From contig CM039007.1 of assembly GCA_017499595.2 (NCBI GenBank), positions 2,604,001 through 2,668,000 of the forward strand: 64,000 nt of DNA, written 5' to 3'. The notes under the pieces were generated by a model that was given only the letters and a program-made list of their open reading frames with translations, had not been told where the DNA came from and searched no databases. A program made the position numbers and the translations under genes. This DNA comes from Psilocybe cubensis. Lineage: Eukaryota. Every line of letters starts with the position of its first letter. The stretch's first letter is position 1. Of the stretch, positions 27,282 through 39,938 are shown piece by piece.

Positions 27282-28826
27282 TGTCAGTTTGCTGGTTTGT
27301 CCAGAGATGGGGCGGCTATGGAATGGGATTCTCTTCCTTTGGATATCCTACGATGGCGTCGACACTTGGATGGTCGTACAAGTTTGTCCTTGAAACTTTG
27401 ATCTTCGACGTCCAAAGCTATCCAACAGCTGTTGTGAATCCTGTGGTTGAAGCGATTTGATCGAACCCCTTTCCAAGGATTTTCAGGAACGGCAGTGAAA
27501 TCAAGCAGTCTCAGCGAGTCCCAAGTTCAGCCTCCCTATTTGTTCACTACCTTCGCCTCCTTGGATGAAAGATAAGAAGAAGAAGTGTGTGGATTTGGAT
27601 GTGGATACAACTACATTTTAGGCTTGCCACTTGATTCTTCTAGAAGAAGCCGTGATGGACGCGTCCCTGCCATGACTCTTCGGCGGCGAAGTGAGTCACC
27701 TTTTTGCTGTTATTGGTATGTTGGATCAATTACTATCCTGGGAACAGGACAGGGTCGTGTATTTTGGTTGTATCAGGTCGATACGGCTGAGGGTAGAGGT
27801 TTGGGTGAGTGGAATTCCGTTTGTATGATCGTTTTAGGGTTTATTGGGATATTTTAGCAAAGAAAACGAGTTACTAATGAACATGCAAAGCGTACGAAAC
27901 ATGGCTTTGAAGAGCCGCTCACGAGAAGGTTGCCCATCAAATTCGGATTCGAAATTACAATGGGTTCGTCCTCGGAGGGGAACTTTGCTATTTATTGCCA
28001 CTGTGAAGTCAGAAAGCTTGCTGCTTCGACAGTTCAGTACTACAAATAAAGCGTACTTGTAGGTTGTGGATTCCCAACTGTAAATAAGGGAAAGGAGTTA
28101 CGAGAACAGTCATGGGCTTCGTCCTATCATCAAGCGTATCAGCGACTCGTTACTTATCGACCCAATTTGTCGGACGACACTACATAAGTTCCATGGCCAG
28201 TCTGCACCCACGGGTCACCCCTGTGTTCAGAAGGGACAATGCATTCTTGAATTATCCTGGTGTTCAGGCGTAATTTCGCATTATGCTGAGGATTATGTTT
28301 GAATGTTTTATCATAAATAGAACTTGTGGGTTGTGGTATATCACAATGCCAATGTCGGTCCTTGAAGTCTGCGGTTAAACGCTACCCATTCTGTTTGGGC
28401 TATACAAGTCTTTTATTTGCTCACATTTCAGTTATCTTGCTATCGAGTACAACTGTACAAGTAATTACTCTATATGTACGCATATGTATGCGACATTTTC
28501 TGTGGACTTGTGATGATATGAATGTCTTCAAAAGGAAGATTCTGACTTTGCTGTTGGTTGATGGTCACCGTACAATGATATACGGTCATGACATTGGCGT
28601 AATGACACGATCTACGCTGATATTGCTTCAGTGTATACAGGTAAATTCATTTCGTTTTCAGTAGTCTATTAATTATTCTGTTTTTCCAGTTGCAGTGTCG
28701 AATAGTACCTTTACCTTGATGTTGGCAACTATACCTTACGACTGCAAAGTAGAGTTCAAACACATCAACACCCAAACACCGATGGATGATTGCTCAGTTG
28801 GACTACGTAGAAGGGTTGAACGTAGA

Positions 28827-31800
28827 TCACTGGGTTAAACATCAGGACAACGGAGGACGAAATGAAGAACAAAAAAACTCACATGTACATTTTCTTCTTG
28901 TGCCACATATGCGATCCGAAGTTTTTCCTGTACCGTGGGTTTTGTAAGGCAATCCAGATAATCCAGCGAGGCCACTTTCGCGTTGTGGTTCAAAAGCAAC
29001 TCAACAATGTCATCATGACCTCTAGAACATGCTGCCTGCAGTGCATCGTTATGATCACCATCCGAGGCATTCACATCAGCCTTATGATGCAAGAGGAGGT
29101 CCACAATACTATAATAGCCATGGTAAGAGGCCGCATGGAGCGCGGTACCGCCGTACTCGCCACCTACAGCATTGACATTGGCACCACATAGCAGGAGAAA
29201 GTAAACCGTATATTCATTTCCTGTACAAGATGCCGCCACGAGCGCAGTGCCGTATTTGCCAGCAATAGCATTAATATTGGCGCCTTCATTGAGGAGATCT
29301 CTAACCACTGACGTATCACCCCCGTATGACGCTGCCTGGAGTGCAGTGCCGTACTGCCCACCCAGAGCATTAACATCCGCGCCGTGTTGCAGGAGCAGGG
29401 CAACAATGAATTCATTACCCTCATATGATGCCGCCTGGAGTGCAGTGCCGCATTGGCCACCGATAACATTGACATCTGCGCCGTGCTGCAGGAGTATTAC
29501 AGCAGTTGAGCAATGACCCCTATCTGATACCACCTGGAGCGGAGTACCGTACTGGCCATCCATAGCATTAACATCCGCGCCGTGTTGCAGGAGTGCTGTA
29601 ATGATGAGGTCATCACCCTCATATGATGCCGCCTGGAGTACAGTGCCGTACTGGCCACCGATAGCATTGACATCCGCGCCGTGCTGCAGGAGTGCTTCAA
29701 CAATTGGATACCAAGCCCTACATGATGCTACATGGAGTGCAGTGCCGTACTGGCCACCCGTAGCATTGACATCCGCGCCGTGCTTCAAGAGTGCTTCAAC
29801 AATCGATTCATGACCCCCATATGATGCCGCCTGGAGTGCAGTGCCGTACTGGCCATCCATAACGTTGACATCCGCGCCGTGCTCTAGGAGTGCTTCAACG
29901 ATGGAGTCGTGACCCTTGTATGATGCCATCTGGAGTGCAGTGCCATACTTGCCACCCATAGCATTAACATCCGCGCCGTGCTGCAGGAGTAATTCAACGA
30001 TTGATTTATGACCACAATATGATGCCGCCTGGAGCGCAGTTCCATATTGACCACCCATAACATTGACATCCGTGCTGTGCTGCAGTAGTGCTTCAACAAT
30101 TGAGTAATATCCCCTATACGATGCCACCTGGAGCGCAGTGCCGTACTGGCCATCCATAGCATTGACATCCGCGCCATTCTGCAGGAGTGTTTTAACGATT
30201 GTTTTATGACCACAATATGATGCTACCTGGAGCGCAGTCCCATACTTGCCACCTATAGCGTTGACATCCGCGCCGTTCTGCAGGAGTGTTTTAACGATGA
30301 AGTCATCACCCACAAATGATGCCGCCTGGAGTGCGGTGTCGTGTTGGCCACCGATAGCATTGACATCCGCGCCGTGCTGCAGGAGTGCTTCAACAATCGA
30401 TTCATGACCCATATATGATGCTGCCTGGAGTGCAGTGCCGTACTGGCCATCCATAGCATTAACATCCGCGCCGTGCTCTATGAGTGCTTCAACGATGAAG
30501 TCGTGACCCTTGTATGATGCTACCTGGAGTGCAGTGCCATACTTGCCACCCATAGCATTAACATCCGCGCCGTGCTGCAGGAGTAATTCAACGATTGATT
30601 TATGACCACGATATGATGCCGCCTGGAGCGCAGTCCCATACTTGCCGCCTATGGCGTTGACATCTATGAAGTGTTTCAAACAGACCTCGGACACATCAAC
30701 GCTATTTCTGGAAGATGATATCCCTTTCTGATGATCAGTATCTTTTTTTGGGTTGAGGTTATTGACGTCCCCCAAGAGGTATTTAACCACTCCAACAAGC
30801 CCCAGCAACGATGCCCAATGTAATGGCCTTGGCGGAATCCTTTGCACCATTTCTGTAGGGTCGAAAAGGTCCAAACCATAAATGTGGGAATTTACTAGAG
30901 CAGGGATTCCCAGTCTTAATAGTCGTGCTGTTATCTCGAATACGGCAACGTCCCCGTCTACACCCTGGTATCGAACATATTCGGTCCAGGTCTTGACAGC
31001 ATAGTTTTTGAGCGGGAAAACAGATTTGTTTGTAGTCGCGTGAATTTCCAAAAGATATGATAACAAGGTTTTTGAGATCTCAATGTGGGAAGCGGCCTCG
31101 GCTAAGCGAACTTGTCTTGAACTCGACTGGACATAAGATACTCCTTCACCGAAAAATGAGACAACTTGATGATGTCTGATTATATTCTGCATGAGCCTGT
31201 ACGAAATCTTTTTCTGAGGAAAGCAGAACTCACTGCGATTCCGAAAATCACTGGTCACTACAACGAGTCCCCCACATAGCTCAAGGACATCGGAAAGATT
31301 GAGATACCGCTTTTCGGCATTGAAAGTTGTGGATCCATCCGACGAGGTTTCGATTGTAATTGTCTCTGCGAGCTCATCAACTTCTATGTCACTTACGGAG
31401 AATGCAAGGAACTGAAGAAAAATTCGAAGATCGAAAGAGTTTTCCTCCTTGCATTTACTCAGAACTCGTGCGTATATTTCATCCAGACCATTGGGCAACT
31501 GGGACAATGCTTTCTTCAAATCGTCTAGGCTTGCGCACTGTTGCAATTCGGCCAGCATCAACGCAATGTATCGAAATCTTGGTCTATTATCAGTATCATT
31601 AATTGTGATGACGAAAAAGGTAGCTTACGATCCGTTAGCACGATTCCGCAATTTATATTCTACTTCAGTCCGGGTTTCTTCATCAATTTGCGGAAGTTTG
31701 GGTGATTTCATGTGTTCGCTGATGTATTGCCCAATATCTTGGTTTGCAGGGTTAACGACATCAATACGGTCCCCATTGAGATTGTCAAACACGTCGGTGA

Positions 31801-33911
31801 TGTCTGGCTCACGTCGACTCGTGACTATCAGATGAACGTGGGTTGGGGTATCGGCTTTGGTGAGGAGTTTCTGGACCCAATCAAGAGTTCTTTGGCGATC
31901 CATGCACTCGTCCAGCGCGTCAATGGCTATAAACACGCGATCGAATCCTGCCAGAATTCGTAACACAGTCTCCTCAAGTTGATCATCTAATGGTTGAAAG
32001 GCACCACACTTGTTGCGGAGGTCAACCATCTCTTGTGGTATTCCTCCATGGCGTGAGTCGCATAGTTGACAGGCCAGCGATCGTATGAATTTCATATGAA
32101 GTTGGGTTTCTGTCTGTCCGTCGCGTGCATCAAACAAGAAACGGCCTACTGCGGTTGATGAATTGGGCTCCGGGAGTTGATCGAGGACCGAGCACCTGTG
32201 AGACTCGTGAATCTGAATTACAGGTCATTCGATGAACCTGAGCCTTACATCAAAATTGTCTTTCCACTTCCCGCTATTCACAATTAGTCCTATGTCCAAG
32301 GTTGGAGAGAGGACGCCTACCTTTCCCATATACCCAGATAAAGCCAGGATTGAGCAACCATCGTTCGAACTTATTATGCTTGAAAAACCAAGAACACGAG
32401 CCAGTTTGATGCTTTCTTCGAGCTTCGCTGAGGATTTCAGAGATGTCATTTGGGTGGTCGGAAGGCCACAACCATTTGAAAATTTCCTTTTCTTGATTCA
32501 ATTACATCAATTAGTACTCGACATGAAGCCAATGTCTAAACCATGATAAAAGTAGCATACCTAAGATTTCGTTTTTCACCTTGAATACCTCTTTCTTGAC
32601 CTCTTCCATAATTTCCTCTAATTCACCACTTTTATTCAATGACAAAGTTCATTAGACTTAAAACATACATCCTACCTTCTTTCACATGTCCGTAGAGCCT
32701 CTTATTGAGAGCCACACGTCTTCTTTGGCATTCATCAATGCGTTTTTGCATACTCACACCCTGCAAATTCACTGCCCTTCCTGCATACAAGGTCAGTCAG
32801 ATTAACATAACAAGTCATGGATCAATTACCGGCGAAAGACAATTTCGTGTACTCATGGATGATTGAGGCAACCTGCAAGGAATACTGTCCAATTTCCTTG
32901 ATTATGTCAACCGCGTGTGGTACCTTTGGCAGGTCAAGTTTCTCGTTGGCAGTAGCAAGCATCTCGCGTAAATTTTCAGCCAGCTCTTGGATTTCTTGGC
33001 CCTTGATTTCAGTTTCTTGCATTGCCTGATGTTATTACAGATTAGTTCATATATCTTGTAGTTATACTAAGCGTCGTACATCGTAAACACTCGAGACAAC
33101 TTTCCACGCCGTCTTGAGTAACGGATGTGCCTAATCGAAAAATGAATAAACAGCTTTGCAGTAATATTGTGTCGGAAACTAGGCACTCACATCAGCAAAA
33201 TTATCCATCAAGGCCTTCATACTCTGCAGCACGGGTCCAAGTACCGAAAAAACCCGCTTGCTTCCCCCTTCAATGCTTTTTAGATTGGAGACATCATGGT
33301 CAACCTTCTCCATGAAGTCCGAGATGAAGTCATCAGGCGTCTCGCACAGAAAAAGAGATATATCAATCTGAGCAACGGTTTCTCCCTTTCTATCTTTTAA
33401 CGGAAACGATTTTGAATCTATACGAGGCATATTTAAGGACATTTCCGAATTTTTAAGAACGCCACACACACCGTTGTCGAGCAGTTGTTCAATCTGTTCC
33501 TCAAACTGTGCCACGTGTACTTGGGCTAGAGGAACTTTGTTCATGGCCTGGGATTTGAACCCGCGATAAAGTTCAACTCTCACTGCCGATGAAGGAGAGA
33601 TGTCTCTGGGACGTCAATAAGCCACTGAAGAATCCAGTCAAACGCTCATCGTAAAGCTCACATTTTGGTACCCGGGTCCCATTCCCAAGAAAGCATTGCA
33701 GAATCAGGTTGGCTATTATTCGATTGCACCACTTTGAGACCATCAACGTGGACCTGAACCCAATGCCAGGACCCCTCTCTATCGCTGTTAAATCTATCAC
33801 CTTTCACATTAATGCCTAGATCGCAAATCAGTGCGTTTCTTGTACATACATGCCCGTTACTCTCTTACATGATAGGACTGCGCTGAGGAGAAGCCTTTTT
33901 GCGGGAGTCAT
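28827..33911 (-). CDS. NLR-like STAND protein: C2-like - helical - NACHT - ankyrin repeats; apparent 1-nt frameshift near 31105
   Basis: Spliced Walker A WVYGK|AGSGKTIL and Walker B FIAIDALDEC, plus LIVTSRREPDI, LPNGLDEIYARVL and 17 tandem ankyrin repeats. N-terminal WVQVHVDG...LSWEWD...PSSAVRVELYRG is C2-like. TATA-like element at ~33989-33997. Confidence 0.85.
28980..30663 (-). repeat. Tandem ~99-bp ankyrin-coding repeat array (17 units)
   Basis: Recurrent DVNAxGGxYGTALQxASxxGxxxIVxxLLxHGA with high DNA similarity between units. Confidence 0.95.
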
Positions 33912-35988
33912 AATCAGCTAGAGAGGGAAAGCAGAGGTGGGGGAAGAAGGCGTATAAGTGAGGGTAGTCACAAGGATTGCCTCAAGGCTATTTATATGCA
34001 TCCATTTGAAGTTCTGTTTGTTGGATTATTTTTATCCCTTCTACAACCGCAAAGCAGTGCACTGTAAAGCTGTATGACAGAGAAATGGCATATTAGGGCC
34101 GTACAATGAAGTGCACACCAGAAAATAAAAAGATGTTTATATAGTGCTACCCAGTCTCATGTTGGAGAGAGCGTGAGGCGAATTAGAAGGGACAATAGGT
34201 GTGTGTGTGTGTCTTGAGAAAAGCGGAGGCCGGGCAAGGTGCCGTTGAGGATACAGAGTGGGAGACGGGGTTTAAAGCACATAACCCATGCCGTTGTTTA
34301 GTGGAAGAAAAGATAAAAAACGCACCTTGCGGTCTGCATAGGAACTTTCGCCGTGCTGCACGGAAGAGGAATACAATGATGCTTGGTCTGATGAAACAGT
34401 GATGAGAAATTGGGTATTTTGGAAAGTGATTACCAAGTTTTCGGCTGTGTCGTCTACATAGGATTGGTAGTTCCGATGAGAGTCGGTGAGGTCAATGGCG
34501 GTTTGGATAATCACTAGATATTACACAGAGCGTAAGGTTCACCAGTTCGCGCTATTACAGCGGCTGCTTTAGCCAACTGCATAGCGATTGGATACAAATA
34601 AACTCACCTTGTCATTGCCACTCCAGTATAACGCTTCCGCTGATGCCACCTGCCCGACGTAGAAGCGCCTTTGTAGAGAGATTTAACCAGAATGCCTTGA
34701 TTCCTCTTTTCAGACGATTTTGTGGTGAAGGGGTTTGGTGTATCATCGTGATATCAAGGAAGGATGTAATTGATGTACATAATCAAGACGCGGACACGCC
34801 TTTTGCAGGATCGCATCCTGCTGAATCAATGGAGTTGGGACGAAGACGGCGTCGATGGAGGTCGTAACAAGCCTCAAGGTCGTTGACGATTGGCGTTGGC
34901 CGCCGACATTTCGCATTCTATTTGTCTGTGTTGCTCACCAGCCTCCGTGTGGAAAGAGGTCAGTGCGGCGTGACGCCGCACTGACCTCTTTCCACATCAG
35001 TTACAGTTGGAAATTGGGGCGCTGTGCCTGCTTTTCTGCAACGACCAAGATTGTACGACGCGGTGGATGAGTGGCATTCGCCGATACTCATCGCTTTGGT
35101 TCTACTCTATTTGACATGCTAATGGCCACTTCACCGGGATCCTCATTCATGATCCCGCAATGCCTGGCACATTCGTTGAGTACCAATTCTTAGACCCTGG
35201 CTTCCAAATTATGGGGATCTGCCTTCCAAACTCCAACAGTCACGAAATTTCTAATTTACGACACACGCAGGGCACGTTCACGAGAGTCGCTGCACTGAGA
35301 GAACTAGGGCATGTAATTCAAACAGATGTCAGGTAAGATCAAATACCCAATTACGGTCACTGGATTGCAACTCATTATAGATGCCCGCACATTCAGGGAG
35401 TTTATGCGAGAGTTAAAGGAGGGTTTCAGTGAGTTGTCAACACTTACTAGGACACTTGTCACACTTCTTCCATATTCATGGTATTTAAAAGTCATCATTG
35501 AAATATATCCCTCCCTGTCGTCAGTGTCGACTGGTGGTCCCGGATGAAGTGCCAATCCATGCAGCATCGGTTAGCTGGATGGGGAGGAGAGAGATAGTGA
35601 GGATTCAACGTGAGGTCACTGCCAGTAAGCAGCGACTGCTTGTAGTCACTGGGATGGGATGGAGGCTCACCGCTTTTTTATATAGGCCATCCGGCACCAA
35701 ATGAGATGCCTTGCATAATGTATCTTCGTCCTTCAGCGTCTGAACAACTTACAGTATTTCTCAAGTAAAAACCCGGCGCGTCCAAGCGAACTTACTTTGC
35801 TTGGATTAATTCAAATAAGCGCCGGCGCGCCCACAACACGTCTCATACTCGACAATCACGTGTGCGTGGAATGGACTTAAGTTAAAATGGTTGCGAGTCG
35901 CAGTGTGAATTTGGATTGTATTGCTATTGGAATGAGCTCGTAACAAGATTATGACATCCAAAAGACCTCCATAAAATCGCTGTTATGC

Positions 35989-36468
35989 TTAAATTGCCTT
36001 GTTGCAGCTGAAAGATTCGACGTTGTTGTAAAGAGAAGGGTCGGGGAGCGATGCGATGTTTCCGGACAGGGTTGTTCCAGGACCCTCGCAGCCTTGGAAT
36101 CTAGAGAAAGGTTTACCGTAAGACTCGTGCAGCAAGGTAAATTGCAAATGGCATAAACGTACTCGAAGAATGTGCAGCTGAATCCCGAGGCGATGAGGAC
36201 ACTCTCTGGCCTGTCGAGCCAGTCACCTGGGAGAGTGCTGCAAACCGACTGAAGGAGAGTGTCGGGAGAGTAAGCAGCGCCCGTGAAGTTGACATCGTCG
36301 AAGAATACAACTGAGAGCGCGGCGAGCTCCGTCTGATGCAGATGTTGTCAGTTTTGGAATTCAGCTTGTTTTACACCGGATGATAGAACTTACTCTTGCG
36401 ACAGCAGCAGATCGTGCAGAGGCTGCGGCGGCCAGGAGGATAGCTGCGAGCTTGGCGGTGAAGTACAT
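35989..36468 (-). CDS. Small secreted cysteine-containing protein, beta/gamma-crystallin-like (118 aa, 3 exons)
   Basis: Exons 36468-36394, 36332-36163 and 36100-35989 total 357 nt in frame: MYFTAKLAAILLAAAASA...FFDDVNFTG...C...WLDRPES...GFSCTFFEFQGCEG...YNNVESFSCNKAI*. TATA-like element at ~36532-36540. Confidence 0.8.
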
Positions 36469-37310
36469 GATGATCTTTGAGATGGCTTAGCTAGTGTTGA
36501 ACTGCTGAAGAATTTGGATAAGAACGACTTCGTTTTATACCATTTGCCATACACTTAGAATTCAGATGTATCACAATATTAGGAATGTGTAATGTACAGT
36601 CTTATTCAACGGAATTACTGAGGACAAATCAATCATCCCCTCAATCAGCTACTCTTGTGGCCGTCTGGAAGATGGCTTACTTCCATCAATACATTGCTAT
36701 GGCTGATCCCGACATAATGAATGGTGTATTAAATGGTGCGGCGAAATACATCTCATAGTACAGCATACATACGGCAGCGTTAAAATGAGAAATACAATTA
36801 TATGCCATAGCATATAAGTCATATCTATTATGACTTGCCGCTCGATCAGTTTGCACTCGCAAAGCTCATTCTCCGAGCGCGTAATTTTAGGCCAATGATA
36901 TTTTTAGGCGCCCAAATTAACTGGGTAGGTCGAGTTGGGAATTCTTCTCCCGAATTCTTCTCCCGGCACATCTTCTGCCTTATTTTGCTCCACGAGGACG
37001 CAGAATTCTTTCCCTTGAAAGGCGCAAGAGAACTGGCAGAGTACCTACTGAACGCCGTTGATCGGCATGTTCTATAAAAGTCTCGGGTCGCGGTAGTGAT
37101 ATTTTCAGAGCGTACCTGACAAACCATAGCTGTAGTATAGACATACTTCTTCACGGAGACTAAATGAGACTGATATATGCATAACGATTCATCACACTCA
37201 CATGATACGCATCCAGCACAATCGCTCATCCCACAGATCAAAATTTGGTCCGTTGCTTGAATGTCAGGATCTGGACGAATTTTGCTATGCAAACAATTTT
37301 TTCACGGATA

Positions 37311-38137
37311 CGGTGTTCGAGAACCGCGAGCTCTACGATTCTCATTCTCAATCATCAAACTCCGAGTTACATGTGACTATCACAGATCACATGTGCTTGC
37401 AGCCTTTGCACTGAGCCTGGAGCGCCACTTATCGACTTTCGTTAGACTATCCAAGAGCCATAAAAAAAGGTGGGAGATGCATCGAGCGCTTAATAATTGC
37501 AATAAAAGATGTATCGAGGAAAAAACTGCATAGGAGAGCTCAGAATTCACCTTGAGCTCACCGAGACAACAACAAAGAGTGACTGTACGGTTGCTGGGAC
37601 GGCAAACCGCGGTGTTTGCCGTCCCGGCAACGTAGCCACATAAGGGTATTGTTTTCTTAGTAAGCTCCGACGTTCATCTGCGCCTCTGTACGCTGTAGCG
37701 TAGGAAGCTCTCCTCTTTCGTTGTCGGCTCATCCTGTCCATCTTCTCAAGCGGTACGCACTTACATTTTATCTAGGTTTTCCTACAATTGCTTCGGCATT
37801 GAGATCCCAGGTCGGCGCTTTCCGAAGCCAGACCGTGTAGCTTCGTTATTGCCGTCCCGGCATCGGTACAGCCACTTTGGGATTATTTTCTGAAGGTGAG
37901 TTCTGAACTCTTCTAAGCAGTTTTCCCCTCTATACAGATTTTATTTCAAACATTAAGCGCTCGATGCATCGCCCCCTTTCTTGTCTACCACGCTTTGTGA
38001 GTCTAACGAGAGTCAAAAATTGGCGCGCTAGACTCAGTGCAAAGGCTGCACGCACATGTGATCTGTGATAGTCACATGTAAATCGGAGATTGATGAATGA
38101 GATTGAGAATCGTAGAGCTCGCGGTTCTCGAACACCG
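37311..38137. mobile_element. Non-autonomous MITE/foldback element with ~290-bp TIRs and TA target-site duplication (Tc1/mariner-type)
   Basis: TA|CGGTGTTCGAGAACCGCGAGCTCTACGATTCTCA... at 37309 and its reverse complement ...CTCGAACACCG|TA ending at 38139. Arms align over ~37311-37605 and ~37849-38137. No transposase. Confidence 0.85.
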
Positions 38138-38980
38138 TACACGGAATCCCTGAGGTGTAATTTTAACACCCGTTTTATATAGAGCCAAGAGACGAGTAAA
38201 TAGCATTGAAGATGACCAAGCCAAATTAAAATTTAAGACTAGTAATAGTAAAAACTGAGTTGGGTCAGGACCAAATTCTTTCTCCTTGGTACGCAAGTGA
38301 ACTACAAGAAAGTTGAAAGTATTTCGTTCTAAGCACGCCAAAAACTAATCTAAGGGAACGAATGAGCAATCTTTAATCTCAGTCCAATTAGAGCGAATTC
38401 TTTTGGAACGCTGGAGGAGCGAGGTACCCACTGGCAGACAACCACAGCAGATAATGCCGAAGGAATTGCCGGATAGTGAGCTTTCGGCATGCACCAATTC
38501 AGGTGTTTAACCTCAACTTTCCATGGCATCGACAACAGCAAAGAAAGATAAAACAGTCATTACTAGCGTGCTCAAACTCCCGGATAACCTTCTGATGATG
38601 ACAATTCAGGCCGACGACATGAAGCCATGACCCAAACAAACCTTTCACCTACTCGTGAGTAATATCCATTGTGACAACAAAATCATCCCAGTGACAGACC
38701 AATGGCAATTTTTAGGGTAGTCATTGGTCAACGATGTCAGACTTTAATATTAGGAGTCATAGGTAACCAACGGTGAAAGACCACCTCATTATAACGATAG
38801 GGTTCATATCGAAAAGATAGGTAACTAACAATAAGTACTACATCAAGCAGGGGAGGCGACAAACAAAAAACATACTATGTACAACACGAAGTCCGGACGA
38901 GTTCAGAGTATATGTATCCGGTCGTTGGTAAAAGGAAAAAACACGAAAACTAAGCCACCAGAAAAGACAAAACAAAATGT

Positions 38981-39531
38981 TCACTGAGGGGTACCGTCTG
39001 GTTTCTTCGCAGCATTCTTGAGATTGCCGGTCAAGCTCTTGTGGATGAATGGAAGGACACCTCCACCAGCAATGGTTGCGCGAACAAGGGTATCAAGCTC
39101 TTCATCACCGCGAATCGCGAGTTGCAAATGACGTGGAGTAATGCGCTTGACGCGAAGATCTTTCGATGCATTGCCTATGCCACTATTAGTCAATGTCTCA
39201 GCTAGTGTATAGCTGGAACATACCAGCAAGCTCCAGAACTTCCGCAGTCAGATATTCGAGGATGGCAGTAGTGTACACAGCAGCTTTGGCACCGATGCGC
39301 ACATTGTGCTGAGTTCGTTGTTTGAGGTAACGATGAATACGACCAACGGGGAACTAATCCAATGTTCGGTATCTGTTCAAAATTCTCCAGGTTCTAGACA
39401 ACACGCACCTGCAGACCTGCTTTCATGCTGCGAGTCTGTGCCGGACGTGGCTGGGTGGATTGGGCAGCTGCAGCGGCCGATGCCCCTGATTTCGATTTGC
39501 CACCACCACCAGCTTTTGCTTTAGGAGCCAT
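38981..39531 (-). CDS. HTZ1: Histone variant H2A.Z, 3 exons
   Basis: [94 protein letters not shown]. Confidence 0.97.
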
Positions 39532-39938
39532 CGCGTACTGTTTTGAAGGGGTTTCCTTGGTAAAAATGAGAGACAAAAGGCTAAGGAATGACTCGGAATG
39601 AGCAAATGGACACGGAATGATAGACAACCAGTGTTGTGAGCCACACAGACCTAATATCGCCTTCAAAATGGTAAATTCCAAGCGCCTAGTTTCCTGTAGC
39701 GTGTATATATCAGTTTGATGCAGTTCTGTGGCAGATATGAAGACTCAAACGGATAAGAAACGCGCGAAAGACAACAGTGGTGGTGGTTCCAAAGAAAGAC
39801 TTATTGACGCGTATTTGGTAATTTCGCACATTCTTGGTATCAACAAAGATCACATGGCAGATCAGGCACAAATGCTGACTAATAATCTAATCTCCTCCGC
39901 CGAATTCGAACCTTATTACCTTCCACCACAACGCAATT

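Noticed and set aside
28980-30663. Regular repeat array superficially like CRISPR
   Set aside because: 99-bp in-frame ankyrin units in a eukaryotic gene, with no spacers or cas genes.
34270-35690. TATA-like box, ATG at 35567 and splice-like signals on the minus strand
   Set aside because: Could not assemble a stop-free spliced ORF. Possibly a decayed gene, but unsupported.
37261-38169. Two similar ORFs on opposite strands (YGVREPRALRFS...)
   Set aside because: These are translations of the MITE inverted repeats, not genes.
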